Source: the human T2T-CHM13v2.0 reference genome, Homo sapiens. From it: a stretch of DNA of 64,000 bases. The notes below the pieces were generated by a model, which saw only the letters and a program-made list of their open reading frames with translations, made no database searches and was not told where the DNA came from. Position 1 is the stretch's first letter, and every line of letters starts with the position of its first letter. The position numbers and the translations under genes are program-made. Location of the stretch: the NCBI RefSeq assembly GCF_009914755.1, contig NC_060939.1, one strand, 5' to 3'. Of the stretch, positions 15,850-30,470 are shown in pieces.

Positions 15850-16850
15850 AGGATTGAAAGTCTGAATCTCAAGAGAGAAATGAGAGAGAAAGCCATGAAT
15901 TTGGATGTCATGGTGATTGGTAAAAAATGACCTGGGTGGGGGTCATCCAGGGGGTGTTTTCAGAATCAGAAGTCCAGAAAACTGAAGATGAGACCTTCGA
16001 ATCACTGAAGCAGAGCAGCAGATGTCGTAGATGAAAATGGAGAGAACAACATTCCAAAGGGATAGAATGCATTCGACGGTAAAGTGACAAATGGAGCAGA
16101 GAGCCCAATCATCAGGCATATTTAAGAGTTGACTGTCATTTCTGCAATTAGAGGATCAGTTGATACTTCAAAGGAAAAACATTTCAGTGATAAACTGTGG
16201 ATGAAACTGAAAGTTTGGATATTAATGACAATAGAAAACATGGTAGACAGCCACTGTCCCAAGTTTTCCCAATGCCCCCTGCCATCCCAGCTGCCCTGGA
16301 TGCTCCACAGAACTCAGTGACATCCCCAGGATCCAGTAACTAAAAGGACACTCATAGCTCTATAGGTGCTTCAGGCCCTTACTCAGGCTCTTGTACACAT
16401 GGTGCCATACTGATTATTCAATAATTTTCATAACACCCCAACAGGGGAACACAAGATTAAAGGAAGTAATGTGTTTTGTTTTGTTTTGTTTTGTTTTGTT
16501 TCTTGGTCTTGTTTTTAAGAGGAGAAGGATTATGCATGTTTACAGTGTGAAGGGAAGAGTTGGGTAGAGATGTAAATGTTAAAATCAAGGAGAAAGGGGA
16601 TGGGAGAAGAACCCAGGGTGCGCAGAAGTAGACAATAGCTTTGAGTGGGGAGAAGACAGCCTGGAATAGATGAAAAGATTGGAAATGAATATGGACAACT
16701 TTGTACATTGGTGGGTAGAAAGGTGATGAATTCCCTAAGCTGGGGCTTTTATATTTTCTCTGAATTAGGAGGCACTATCATTGCTATGCAAGAGACAGGA
16801 GTGGATCAGAAGCTCAGGGAGAATGGTAAACATCTTCCGTAAGGAATGTG
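15850..16850 (-). mobile_element. L2 fragments (decayed)
   Basis: Purine-rich antisense L2-like stretches; interrupted, boundaries vague. Confidence 0.45.
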
Positions 16851-16989
16851 AGACAATTGTTCTTTCTATTTCTATTACAGAGGAGAGTTTAAGCTAGGAA
16901 TAAAATACTAGTGTATGTTTCATTTTCCTGGTTTTTAAAAATGTATCTCAAGGGCACTCATAATAACATCGTGAAATAGAGCCCTGAAC

Positions 16990-17480
16990 CATGTTTCCCA
17001 TGCTCCCATATACATATATACTCATAGTAAAGATTTAGTTAAAGATAGTATTTATAAAAATATGATTAATCTGTATACTACACACATTAAACTCTATTTT
17101 CTTCCTCATCAACATGTAGTAGTCATTCCAGTGAGCTAGTGTGTAAATATCTAACTCATATTTTTTGGGAATTTCATAATATTCAATAATATGCTTTTGC
17201 CAAATTGATTGTCCTTTCCATCTTAAGGAACATTTATTTATTTAGTCCCACATTACAATGAGTAATAAATAGCAGCATCTACCTTTGTAAACATATTGGG
17301 ATTTCATATAAGGATTGCTCAAATTTTTAAGTTTATATTCATATTTCTTGGCATTTCAATATGATAATAGACATTTTTCCAAAGGGCTCTAGTAATTTAC
17401 ACCCTCACTGGCAATCCACGAAAACCCATTTCTCTGCATCCATATCAGCACTGAACAATATTACTTTCCAGCCGCTTTGG
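16990..17480 (-). mobile_element. Old L1ME-like fragment
   Basis: 'ttttccaaagggctctagtaatttacaccctcactggcaatcc...cccatttctctgcatcc'. Confidence 0.6.
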
Positions 17481-18269
17481 AGTAGGGGGTAGAAGCATAG
17501 GGCTAGTACTTTCTTTTTATGTACATAACATCGAAAATCACATGTAATTAACAGATGATTAATGTTGTATTTTTTTAAAATGTAATATTTTACATGTAAT
17601 ATTAAAAAATGTATTATCAAGCAAATTGTTTAGAGTTTCCTGACTATAGAGAAAATAAGCCGGTTCAAATAATCCTTCATCCTGCAATGCTTTGGGAGGA
17701 CAACCCAGTTTTTCTGTTTTTTAACCCTTGCATACCCATTATCCTACTGTGTTGGCCTGGGGCTGAAATAAGAGTTTCAGAAATGTGTGAAGACATAATT
17801 ATTTCAATTAATATGAATTATAAGTCATCAGAAGAAGGGTGATAATAATTTTTTTTTCCAAATTGTATCATTCAGTATCATCAGGAAAGTCTCAGAATTT
17901 ACTAATACAAAGCTCATACACAATTCCATGACAATGCTGTTAAGACATCATGGCAATGAACGCCTCTATCATGGTCTGGAACTTGCTTTTTATAATTACT
18001 CTTCTAGATTCTTTTTTCCTTATGCACTAGCAATGATGAATTAGTCACGATTCCTAAGATTTACATGTACATTCCTTTTTGTAATAATTCAAACTATTTG
18101 ATTGAATTAGATTTCCTTTCCCCCATCCCTGCCTGTGAAAGTTGTATTTAACTGACAGGGTCCAGCTTAATGGCTACTCTTTACTGAAGTGCTTCAACAT
18201 TAAAAAAAAAAAAATTCTACTTGTTTCAATGAGATATTATATTTTTTATTATTACCATACTTACACATT

Positions 18270-18412
18270 TTTGTCTCTCCTACTAGATTTTAGAAGTTTT
18301 GAGATGCGGGACTTTGATTTATTCATCTTTCCCTTTAGCAACCATCTGTATTACCTGACACCTAGCTCAATGCCTGGTACATAGGAGATACTCAATAACA
18401 GTTGAATTAATG
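18270..18412 (+). mobile_element. L2 3' end
   Basis: 'ctactagattttagaagttttgag...cctagctcaatgcctggtacataggagatactcaataa'. Confidence 0.7.
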
Positions 18413-20102
18413 AAAGTATATGTAGATGATGGAGTAGGCTAGCTAAATCAGGTTAGGGGAGGTGCAGCTGTCAATGTCCATCTCTGGTTATAAATCCTGG
18501 GAAAACTGTATTAAGGGTTTGAGGATATAATGAAGCTTGTAGTCAGTCAGAACGTCCTTTCTTAAAACCTTCCCAGGATAAAACAGGCCAATTGATTACA
18601 CAAACAAAGTATGAGACTACAAGGGAAACTGGCCCTGTTTGTTCCTCTCCCCTGCAAGTTAATCACATTTGACCACATAATTTCATATTTACAATGCATT
18701 TTCTATTTATGCCACACCAGAGATGCTACTGGAGGCACTTTACTTAATTTTTAAAATTTCTAATGCTAGCACACAATGACTTATAAGTTCCTATTTTTGT
18801 GTTTTTTAAAAAAAACATGTTTAGATCCTTTAAATATTTACTAACATTCAAGTTTCCATTTTAAACACTTGGGACATATTCCTGAATTAAGATTAACTAT
18901 TATATTGATTAGAAAAATGCTACTGGTAACAGTACAATGCGAGTCTAGAATAATGTGTCTCATTTTTAATGCTTTGTTAGTACACTGTCATTTAGAAATT
19001 CTTTCCTCTCATAACTGTGGATAGATCCCTGAGAACCAGAAAAAAATTGGATAATAATACTTTGAATTGATTATTATCTTCTACTTCTGGAATTGTAAAA
19101 TATACATATTTTTTATTTTTTAAAAAGTGTGAAAGCTAGTTTCACTGCAGATGCTAATACATAGAGAGCAATTTATATATGAATTCTGAAGGGGCCTGGA
19201 GGGAAGAGCTTTTTCACACAGACAGATGAATTAGGAGACTTAGCTGACAGGGTCATCACCACATTTCTTATTGGAAAAATGAATTTCTATTGCAGGGCTA
19301 GAAAATATTTTTTAAAAATCCTCAAGTAGGCTGTAGCATTCAATGAATTATGTCATAAATTGAATGGAAAGAGAATCTGAGCATGTCTTGCAGAATAAAG
19401 AGTGAGAAAGAGACCTGCAACATCAGGCATGCTAGATAAAGAAAAATATCTTAGGCCAGCAAAGAGAGCTTCTGGGCTCGAGGTAGGAAATTGAATGGTT
19501 GTGTTTAAGTGAGTGCTTCAGTAGCATTTTACATAAAAAATTCATGTGTTTTTCAAAGTAATATACTATGCTAAATGCCGTTTATGTCTTTTTAGTTCTG
19601 TTGCCCCACTTAATGATTATAGATAGAAATTCAATCATTGTAGAAGTAGTCAGCTTTCACAAGGTGGCCACTGAATAACACGAATGGTATTTGCTCTTTG
19701 CAAATAAATAAGAAGGCACTGGATTTATATTGGTAATTTAGAGTAGCTTAGAAAGCCAACTGAAAAAAAGGAAGGGAGGAAAAATGAAGGAAATAAGAAC
19801 AGAAGAAAGGATGGGAGGAAGAAAGGAAAGAAAGCGAGTGGGCTGCCTCAAGTAGAACAAACACGAGAACAACTGACAAACTTTCAGTGAGTCTTGGAAC
19901 ATACAGGCAGTTTGAGGTTCTATTTAATGTGTCAAGATGTACTGTGTTTTCGAGATATTTTAGTCAACTGGACTTAGTAGTAATTCATACTCTCCACAGC
20001 ATCATAAAAGTTTCAGTTTGTGCCAGGGAAGATAAACTATTTTGAAGTAACTTTGAATTTCATTTCTACCTTTTCACCATGTCTGCATAGACATGGCCTT
20101 AT

Positions 20103-20325
20103 TGTAGCACATAGCTCACTGTAGCCTCAACCTGCTGGACTCAAGTGATCCTCCTACCTCAGCCTCCTGAGTAACTAGGACTACAAGCATGTGCAAACAT
20201 GCCCTACTAATTTTTTATTTTTTTGTAGAGATGGGGTCTTACTACATTGCCCAGTCTGGTCTTGAACTCCTGGCCTCAAGCAGTCCTCCTGCCTTGGCCT
20301 CCCAAAGTGCTGAGATTACATACAT
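20103..20325 (-). mobile_element. AluJ internal fragment (both ends missing)
   Basis: AluJ-type sequence; no tail and no TSD. Confidence 0.9.
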
Positions 20326-20571
20326 TGGTCAAAGGATCTTTCTTAAAAGGTAAATCATGGTTGTCCTATAAAAAGATCACATGTCAAAGATTTTACTTAT
20401 TAATTAATGAGGAAATGAAGATTTTACAGCTGGCTCAAAGGAGAATCCAAAGAGCAGTCAAATATGTAAGTCCATCAGAAATGCTGAAGTGAATTTGCTT
20501 AGCAGGTACAAAACAGGTTATTATCTACAAGGCAATAGTCCCTTGCATTTTGCCAGATGCAAACTACCTTT

Positions 20572-20876
<305 letters not shown>

Positions 20877-21023
20877 CAAATTACCTTTTCATGACAGGAA
20901 TCATTTACATTACTATTAGTTTTCTATGACTTTGACCTTACTAGTAACTTTCTAGTAAATGTGAATAGATAAAAATATACATTATGGTAATGAAAATAGA
21001 ATAAAGTGGTAATGATTCTTTGA

Positions 21024-21386
<363 letters not shown>

Positions 21387-21921
21387 TAAGTATCAGCAAG
21401 TCTATAAGAAACTGCTTCACTCAAGTTTTCATACAGTGTTATAAGATATAAGTTGTTTCCATCTTTTGGAAGTGAAATTCTCATATAGCCTTGAAACTAT
21501 AGAGATTTTTCTACCTTTGACCTAGTAATTTTACTTCTTAATCCTAGGGATAGAGAATTATAGGTTAAAAACTAAGTTTATTTTTTCTTTTCCTTTATAA
21601 ATAAATTCTGTAAGACACTAAAGCACAAGGCCACTGTATTTTGGTATCCTGCTAACAGAATGTTACATAAAAACAGGGGGAGGGCATTCTCTTCTACTTC
21701 ACTGCTCTGAACTCAACAGCCCAGAGCGCTGGGAGCAGTGTCTTGCACGGTGGCAGCCATGACAGGAGGACTGGTTACTACAGAGCTACTGCAGGGAGGG
21801 GAGTGGGGGCACGAACAACATGTGATACCAGAGCAGGCATCTTTGCGAGCATCTGTGAGACTGAGAATGCCCCACAGTATTTGGTTAGGAGGACTTTGCA
21901 GGGAGCTGAGATCATGAAGTC

Positions 21922-22062
21922 AAACAGGTTACAGGAGATTTTTAGATAAAAGAATTATGGGCATTAGTTTTGAAATTAGATTTGAAAATCTTCTGAAACA
22001 GGTTACAGGAGATTTTAGATAAAATAATTATGGGCATTAGTTTAAAATAAAGATTAAAATCT
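21922..22062. repeat. 74-bp-period tandem duplication
   Basis: aaacaggttacaggagatttt...attatgggcattagttt at 21922 and 21996. Confidence 0.9.
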
Positions 22063-22634
22063 ATATTCTTTCTGTTTGCAATGTTATTTTCAGATTTTAA
22101 ATATTTAACTACTTTCTTTCTTCTCTTTATTCCTGAGCAAGTATTCAGCAGGCCCATTTAGGGCTTAATGGGAAGGAAATACAGCTTTCTGGTCAAGGCA
22201 GGGAAAGTTGGGTAAAATTTGTCTTCGGATTCTCTCAGCAGAGTGGAAATTGTAAGTCTAAGTTGACTTACCCAGACTCCCAGCACAGATGGAGTCTAAA
22301 TATGTGAATTCAACCTGCTTGGTTTCAAAGAAAATCTTCTAGTCCTGTGTTTCTCAAAATCAACCAATGTGTAAATCTTTTATAAAGGAAATAAGAATGC
22401 TCACAGAATTGCAGCAATTACTAACATTTTGTAATAGTATCTAAGTATGAAAATGAATACGCTTATGGCTCTTATGTAAAACCAAAAGAAATTTGAACAA
22501 TAAGTACAAGCAAAACATAAAACTAATTAAAATTAAATTTATAAATACCTATTAAATATGATAAATTATTATTTGCCTCGGCAAAACAGCTGATTTGGGG
22601 TTTAATGCTAGAAAGATGTAGGCTCTGGTATAAT

Positions 22635-22930
22635 TCTTTTCTTTTTTGGAGACAGAGTCTCACTCTGTTGTCCATGCTGGAGCACGGTGGCACAATCTCG
22701 GCTCACTGCAACCTCTACCTCCTGAGTTGAAGTGATTCTCCTGCCTCAGCCTCCCAAATAGCTAGGATTACAGACACCCACCACCATGGCCGGCTAATTT
22801 TTGTATTTTTAGTAGAGACGGAGTTTCACCATGTTGGCCAGGCTGGTCTTGAACTCCTGACCTCAAGTGATCTGCCTGCCTCAGCCTCCCAAAATGTTGG
22901 GATTACAGGCGTGAGCCATCACGCCTGGCC
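22635..22930 (-). mobile_element. AluS (Sx/Sz-like)
   Basis: Full dimer; TSD AG(G/C)CTCTGGTATAAT at 22620-22634 and 22931-22945. Confidence 0.95.
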
Positions 22931-23477
22931 AGCCTCTGGTATAATACTAAATTTAGTTTATTTTTATATTTTAAAATAAAAATGCTAAAGCAGAGAATGT
23001 ATGTTTTCATAAGTAGAAATACCAAATGATAATAACCTAATAATGAAATATTTTAATTAAATTTGGAATAAAAGAATGCTTTACTGTCTATTTGTGGCTC
23101 AGGTCACTGTTAATAACCTGTTGTCTCAAGGTGGAGTGTACACAACTGGTATCTGTGCGGTGTACCCATTTATAAAGTGAATGTTGTAGGATTGCTGTGC
23201 TTTGTGCCATGTGATGACTCCATTCTCCCATCTTTTTCCAAAGCCTTAGGGCAACAGTCTGCAACATCACTTGTCTTTTGCAGGTTTTGCATATAGACAC
23301 ACAGACAACCTCATGTACTGATAATAAGTGGCAACTTAATTATAAGGTAGTTACTCAGATGATCAGAATAGTGTTAGATCTACTGCTTAGAATGAAAAGA
23401 TTGCATATTATTGAAGACATTTATTAAAATAAAATTCCTGGATTCTTGAGACCTATTTTCCTAAACATTTATGGCTC

Positions 23478-24095
23478 TGTTACAGGACCAAGAGGTTCCT
23501 ATTTATATTAGCCTGCTGTGCAATAACAGACTAATATACTGAGACAGCAGGGTTTGTAGCAGAGAAAGAGTTTAATGATTGCAGGGCAGTTGAATGAGGA
23601 GATGGGAGGAGACCTCAAATCTATTTCCCTGAGGAGTTCTGGGCTAGAGTTTTTAAAGGGATCATCGAAGGCAAGGGACTGGAAAATTGAGGTTGTTGAT
23701 TGGTCAGGGTCAGAAGGATGAAAACATCAGGATGTGGAAACCTCATTGTTGGGTGAGTCAGCTCCTTGTGAGGTCCTGCAGATCAGCTGACATCAGTGGG
23801 GTTCTTTAGACCAGCTGATGTTAGTAGTTTCACTGGTATGCAGGACCTAAAAGAATATTTTAAGTAGGAAACAACATTTTATAATGTTTTAGTTATTTAT
23901 AGAGCAGTTAAGGGGAATTATAATCAAGGGTCTACCTGACTCTAGAACAGTAGGCACCAAACAACTATGAGGAAGCAGTCAGAGAGCAAGCTGACCTAGT
24001 GATGAATGCTGAATGTGCTGCAAGTTTGGCTTATTTTTGTTTCTCTTCCTTACTTTTTTCTGATTAATTTTATGAGGTTTATAGGGACACTTTGA
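23478..24095 (-). mobile_element. ERV1 solo LTR (LTR49-like, MER4 group)
   Basis: 'tgttacaggacc...actgagacagcagggtttgtagcagagaaagagtttaatgattgcagggc...ttccctgaggagttctgggc'; about 620 bp. Confidence 0.75.
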
Positions 24096-24566
24096 CTTCA
24101 AGAAGGGCATTGGACATCAAGTGGCAATAAATTATTCCTACTCTTTGGGGTTGAGTGCTGAGCTTTTCATTTTCTTGGATCCCCAGTTTTATCATGTTAA
24201 TACCCAACTCTTTGGATATAAGAAGTAGATGGTTTACTAAAAATAGTTCATTTCCTGTGATGTCCAGGTATTTCTTATTAACTTTTTCTCCCCTTACTCT
24301 GAGAAGTCTTTTAACCCTGGTGTGGAGTTTTTAAAAGTCACCCGTATTAAAGCACCATTTGTTTTTGTGGGGGACAGACCATGTGCTTGGTTTGAATGCA
24401 GCAATGGAAAATGTTTGTCCTGTTATGCCATTAGAATTCACATCTGTTAACCTCCAGGGCATCACACCAAAACCATCTGCTTGACTAGTATTTGCTACGG
24501 GCACAGGGAGTGGGGGTGGAAGGGACAAAGAGAGAGTAAATTGAAAAACCTTCCTTTGCCTTTCAG

Positions 24567-24735
24567 GATGCTCAGGAGCTTCCAGGTTCAACAGATGCGT
24601 GAGATCCATAGCAGAAACATTGCTGTCCTCTTCAGATTCAAGTACGGGTGAAAGTCAAGCTCTGGGATACTGGAGCAGGGCTATATAATTCTCTTTCCCT
24701 TGTAATTTCATTAAAAAAGATTAAGGAAACCCTTG
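24567..24735 (+). other. Candidate exon (terminal, or internal 24567-24647)
   Basis: Acceptor ccttcctttgcctttcag|; weak donor CGG|GTGAAA; ATTAAA at 24710-24715. Confidence 0.35.
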
Positions 24736-24834
24736 AAAAGTTGTAGATACCTAAAATTTTGGCCGTGCATTGATCATCCACAAAAAGTGAAAGATCACAA
24801 GTGATCAAGCCACATGTGTGAAAAATCTCAAATA

Positions 24835-25132
<298 letters not shown>

Positions 25133-25271
25133 TCAAATAGTCAACATAACTCCTGGAGGAAAAAAAAAAGCATTTCTACATTGAGAGAGACATTGCTATA
25201 GTCCCCTCCACTGACTTCTCTCTTTGTGGGTGCATGGAAGGTATAGAAAATAACCTTTCTAGTATTTGGAT

Positions 25272-25450
25272 TCATGGTCCTCAACCCTGGCTGCACAGTA
25301 GAACCATTTGGGAAACTTTGAAACATACTGTCATCAAGTCTCAGTCCTTGAGATTTGAATTTAATTGGTCTCAGGGTACAGTCTGGACATGGACATAGTT
25401 TGAATGTTCTCCCATATGATTCTAATGTGCGGAAATGTTGAGAACCACTG
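25272..25450. mobile_element. MER5-type hAT-Charlie MITE
   Basis: TIR-like ends 'catggtcctcaacc' and 'ttgagaaccactg'. Confidence 0.75.
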
Positions 25451-25480
25451 ATTTGGAGAAAACCTGATATTTTTCTGCAG

Positions 25481-25530
25481 CTACTGATTACTTCTAATCT
25501 CAGAAGCTAACATTCAAAAGAACCCCTTAG
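25481..25530 (+). other. Candidate 50-nt non-coding exon
   Basis: tttttctgcag| acceptor and TAG|GTAAGA donor; stops in all three frames. Confidence 0.3.
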
Positions 25531-25605
25531 GTAAGAAGAGGAGATACAAGAAAGAATTTTTTTAAGTGTGACTTAATGAAGAAAAGAAATAACATCTAGA
25601 CTAGT

Positions 25606-25868
25606 CTGGTTTTCTCAACCTCATTATCCTTGACATTTTGGGCCAGATAATTCTTTGTTGTGCATGAGGGTAAGGAGGGTAAGGAGGGTAAGGAGTTCCC
25701 TGTGCATGGTAAGATGGCTTACCATGGCTTCTACTCCCCAGATGCCAGTAGCAGCTCCCCACCCTTATGTTGTGTCCCCATGTTGCAAAGACCAAAAATA
25801 TCTCTCAGGATTACCAAATGTCCCCTGCTGTGCAGAATCCTTTTCCCTTCCCATGTGAGAGCAACTAA
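25606..25868 (-). mobile_element. MER20 hAT MITE
   Basis: 'gacattttgggccagataattctttgttgtg...agatgccagtagca...ccaaatgtcccctg'; contains (GAGGGTAAG)x3. Confidence 0.85.
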
Positions 25869-26659
25869 TCTAGACAAAGGGAGTGTTGGCTTTCTCTCCT
25901 CCTTTATTTAACTCTGTTCTGTCTTTCCTAAAATTAACAAGCCTAGTAACTTCTTAGTACTCATCTGGAAATGGCAGAAGAGTTACCAGCTTTGCTGAAA
26001 GGCCAGGAAGGCTCTGTCTCATGACGAAAACAAAAACAACCATCTTCATGAATGGTTTGGAATTAGAGTAGTAGCCAAAATAAAAGTTTTTTGTTTTTTA
26101 AGTGAGGAGTCATGAATCCTACTATAAACTGATCTTTCAGAGGGAAGATGATCTTCGATCCAAAATTAGCTTTAAAAAAACTCAAGTCACAATAAAATCA
26201 TACTATAGTCAAGTCACGAGAGCTTTTGGAAACATAGAAATATGTTTCTATAAATATTAAACATAGAAATATTCTCAGACTCCAGAAAATAATTTTGATG
26301 CAATTTGTCCTAAATTTACTTCCTCCTAAAGTGTCACTAAATTTACCACCGCCTTCCCCCTGACTTTTTTTTAACCAAACAGAATAAGCAATCTCTGAAC
26401 TAATATAAGGTGGAAAACCCTAACAAAAGACTGACAGTGAAGTCATTCAAATAGTACCTCGACAAGCTTCAGGGGGATTGTTAATTTCCTGATTTCAGAA
26501 TAATTTGGTTGGTCCCAAATATTACAGCAGGCACCATGGCAACAGCATTTGATATGACAAGCTGTAGGCTTAAAAATGAATGTGAAGCTGAGATTGTTAG
26601 GGTAATTAGGGTTAAATACTAATTCTCTTATGATAGCCAGGGTTCTGTGGATTTGTACT

Positions 26660-26845
26660 AGCCAGTGTTTAATGATTTCTTACCATGTGCCAAGCTCTGT
26701 GCTAATTCTTCACTTGCACTATCTCATTTAACCTTCACAATAATTCCTAAGTCTTGCTATCCCTGTTTAACAGTTGTGGAACCAGAGGTTGAGCTTGAAG
26801 AGTTAACTTTTCCAAGGTCACAAAGTTGGTAAGTAGTGTTAAGTG
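26660..26845 (-). mobile_element. MIR
   Basis: 'cttaccatgtgccaagctctgtgcta...atctcatttaaccttcacaataa...ccaaggtcaca'. Confidence 0.75.
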
Positions 26846-26852
26846 TTCATCG

Positions 26853-27386
26853 CAGAAGTGCCCAAGCGTTTTCAGTTCACAGTGTCCTTCGTGTTTTAGT
26901 CATTTTTTCACAGTACACACAGGCAAAAAGAAATACTTACCACTTCCATTTCTTAGTTACTTAGGTCCAAACAATTTCATAACTATCTCTGTCCTAATAA
27001 GTTAGTAGTTGTTTGAAAAGAATAATATGCACACATTAAAGGAAAAATAATATGTTTTATTTCATTCTTAAATAACCACAATTACCGACTAATGGGATGG
27101 GTGCACCCATTGGGCATGCAAGGGCTTCTTGAACTTGGAATGAAATTGGACAGCACCACCTTCATTTCCTGTTCCATGTTAAGTTTTGCACAGTACCTGC
27201 TTTTTAGCAAAGCAACTGCTGAAAACTTAGCTTTGCAAACATATGGCATTATCAAAAGGGATGTAGTGTGATCTAATGTTGAAGCTGTGAACTGCTTTGA
27301 GTTAGTTGTTCACACTTTGTCTGACAGATGTCAAGTATTCCTGTGTTTTTCTCCAAAAATTAAAAGATACAGTTTGGGAACTGCAG
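26853..27386 (-). mobile_element. MER119-like hAT-Charlie element
   Basis: 'tttcattcttaaataaccacaattac...atttcctgttcca...gatctaatgttgaa.ctgtgaact...cagtttgggaac'. Confidence 0.75.
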
Positions 27387-28406
27387 GTCTGTTTCCCTTT
27401 ACAAGGCTGTGAGGCAGGCAGTCTTGCAAAGGGAAACAGATAGACCTGCAGTTCCTCTGGCAGGCAGCCAAGTTCTCTCATTCATCCATATGTACTCACC
27501 CTAACACAGTGCCTGGCACATCGCAGGGAGTCAATAGGTGAAAGTAGAGGTCTGAATTGTTCCTGATTCCAGCTCCAGGAAGATGTGAACTCTTCTGAGT
27601 CTCCTACAGGTGACTGTCTGTAGCATCACTGATGTTTGTTCATTCCAGAATTTCCCCCTCCTAAGGATGAGCTCAAACTGGCTTGCAATAGCTAGAGAAC
27701 CAAAAGCCCCATCACTAGGACCTGTTCAGGCTAATGTCAGAGTTGAGCAAACCTGTCCACACAAAGTCAAACTCCGTGCCCTCGGTGGTCTACTACACAG
27801 TTGCCTCTCAAAGCAGCAGCTCCAATAGCAACACATGTTTACTTCCAAGGCTCTGACACAGCTCTTTTTAGGAAATGCAAACAGAGAGGGAGGTGAGGAG
27901 GAGTTTGCAATTAGGACAAAGAATGACCTTAACAGGAGTGAATGCTCTTGCATTGGTTTCCCAACCCTGATACATCCGTAGATTCATTTGAACGGAGTTA
28001 CCCTATGCATTTTCCATCTATCTGCTTCCAATTCTGGGGGCATGGCTGAAAGGAACTACCATTCATTCGTGTTTAAAATAGTGTTCTTCATTTCCTCTCC
28101 TAACAGCACAGCCCTTCATTGCTTCTTACAGCTGGTTTGTCTTCTGGCTTCCTTAACATCACTGATATCAGGAAGACCAAATTAACAAATATATCCATGA
28201 AAAAAAACCCATGATATTTTTGCTCAGCAATTCCATTCCCAGGGATTTATACAGATATAAGCACATGTTTGAGAATGACACATATATTATTACATCAATT
28301 ACAGCAGTATTTGTAATAACATAAGATTAGAAATAACCTACATATCCTTTATTAAGGAACTATTAAAATAAACTATGACATATTCATATGTAGAATTTAG
28401 GCAGTC

Positions 28407-28537
28407 TTTTTTGTTTTTTGGAGAGAGATAGTCTCTCTATGTTGTACAGGCTGGCCTTGAACTCCTGGCCTCAGGAGATCCTACCACCTCAGACTCCTTA
28501 ATAGCTGGGACTATACTTGTGCACCACCATGCCCAGC
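28407..28537 (-). mobile_element. FLAM (Alu left monomer)
   Basis: Single Alu arm; TSD TAGGCAGTC. Confidence 0.85.
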
Positions 28538-28554
28538 TAGGCAGTCATTTAAAG

Positions 28555-28775
28555 GAAGGGTCAGCAGAATTTTTCTGTAAAGGGCAAGATAATAAATATT
28601 TTAGTCATTGCAGACCCTGCAATCTTTGCCACGGTTACTCAACTCTGCCCTTGTAGCACAAAACAGCCACAGACAATGCATAAAAGAACAGATGTGGCTG
28701 TGTTATAATAAGACTTTTATTTACTAAAACAGGTAGAGACTGAATTTGACCTGTGGGCTATAGTTTACCTACCTG
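28555..28775 (+). mobile_element. MER58A hAT MITE
   Basis: 'ttctgtaaagggc.agata.taaatattttag...tactcaactctgcc.ttgtagca.aaa.cagccacagacaat'; 8-bp TSD ATTTAAAG/ATTTAAAA. Confidence 0.85.
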
Positions 28776-30269
28776 ATTTAAAAGAATAAGGCAAGTCTAT
28801 ATATACAGCTATGGAAATATTTCGAAGATATATTTTTAAGTTAAGCAAACCAAGGAGGAAGAAAATACAAGCATGTATGTAGATGTATAGAAAACATTGT
28901 AAGACTACACAAGAAACTATCAATGTGGTTACATCTGGAGATGTGAAGTGGAAGGCCAAGGGAAAAGGGAGATAGAGAGGCTTTTCATTGAATAGCATTT
29001 TGTTCCTACTGGAATTTGTATCATGTGGATGCAATACTTATTTTTTAAAAAGCAAACTTTAAAAGAGTGGGTTTGCATCATCAGAATCCTATTTTGTAAT
29101 ATCGAGGCTGACCATTTGTATATCCAGCACTCCTCTGTCTGATTTCTCCTTATTATTGATGCACATTTTGATTCCCCATGAGAACTGCAAACTGTTTTGA
29201 AGGACTGTCTTTATACCCACAGTCTTTCCTTCTTCCTGCCAGTGTTTTGCACAAAGTAGACCTCTTTATATATTTATGTCATAAAAACTATACAATAAAA
29301 GTTAATTTATAGTAGTATTGGTAGGAGGGAACCCTTCCTTTACACCCACCCAAGGAAACTCAGTTACTTTTGTATAAGCAGAATCAAATTAAAACAAACT
29401 TCAAGGACAAAAGGAAGCCATACATCAAAATACTTGGCCCATGGTAGGTGCTCTTTACATGTTGAATCTTTGCCTAAATTAAAGGACAGTCACTGCTGTA
29501 TGTTCACCCACGCTGCCTCTTCCCGGGTTCACATAAAGACATTTCCCAGCCTCCCTCTTCTATAAGGTCAAGTGGTCCCTAGAACCACAAGTGATGTGTC
29601 TGCAAACCCAGGGGCTACCAGCTTTCTGGACACCTACCCACTAGATGAGTCAGGGAAAGAATAGAAAAACCCTCCCTCCTCCCTCAAAGAAGGGTTATGT
29701 CCAGTCAGATGGCTCAGCCACAAGGTATTTTCAACACATGGGGAGGTGGTGTGGGTGGACAGTGACAAGAAGGAGACATTTGCTATGACTGTATTGACTT
29801 CTGCCTCCTCATTCTTCTGAAGCAGTCAGCTAGTCAGCTGCTGGAGAACCAGAAGACATAATAATGCAATTCTCAGATGTTTGCTTTCCACTGATATTAT
29901 GACCCTGGTGTGAGTTGCCATGGCAATTTCAACATATTAGAGCCACATTCTTTTGTTTAAATAATTTTTTTATGTCTTCAGCAGTTTTATGTCTGGAGAC
30001 ATTAGGTGTTGAAATTCTATCCATCCTTACAGACTCTTCAGGATGGAGGTTTCAATCTCCAATGGCCCTGACATTGTCCTCCCAACAGTAGCAGGAGACC
30101 TCTTTTGTTAATGACCTATAGTTTCTATATAAGCAAGGTTCTGGGAGCTGAACTGAAGCCCTTAATTCTGGGTATGAATTCAGGCATTTGGGTACACCCT
30201 GAGCGGGAGGAAAGAGGTAAAGAGATTACACTCTGTCATAAGAACAATGAAATAATTTATTAGGAGTCA

Positions 30270-30470
30270 ACCACAAAAGCTTGGATTTAGAAGGGCCCAT
30301 AAATCCTGTCTAGTACAGGCCCCACATTTTGCTGGTGGAAAATGGACACAGAAAGGGCAAATGAGTTGCCCAAAGTCATAGAGCTACTTAGTAGCAAATC
30401 TGGAATTAGAATCTGAGTTTCCATACTCAATTTCCAGTTCAATGCCTTTTTTTTACAATACTGTGCTACC
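30270..30470 (-). mobile_element. MIR
   Basis: 'tgagttgcccaaagtcatagagctacttagtagcaaatctggaattagaatc'. Confidence 0.7.

Larger units (their letters stand above)
28190..29050 (+). mobile_element. Old L1ME 3' fragment hosting FLAM and MER58
   Basis: 'cagcaattccattcccagggatttat...gtatttgtaataac...gaaataacctacatatcc'. Confidence 0.65.

Noticed and set aside
20077-20096. Palindrome CCATGTCT-GCAT-AGACATGG as a p53 site
   Set aside because: Both half-sites mismatch RRRCWWGYYY and are separated by a spacer; 8-bp arms are expected by chance in 64 kb.
21922-22062. Direct repeats as a CRISPR-like array (also at 8462 and 34926)
   Set aside because: Only 2-3 adjacent imperfect copies without regular unique spacers; eukaryotic slippage duplications.
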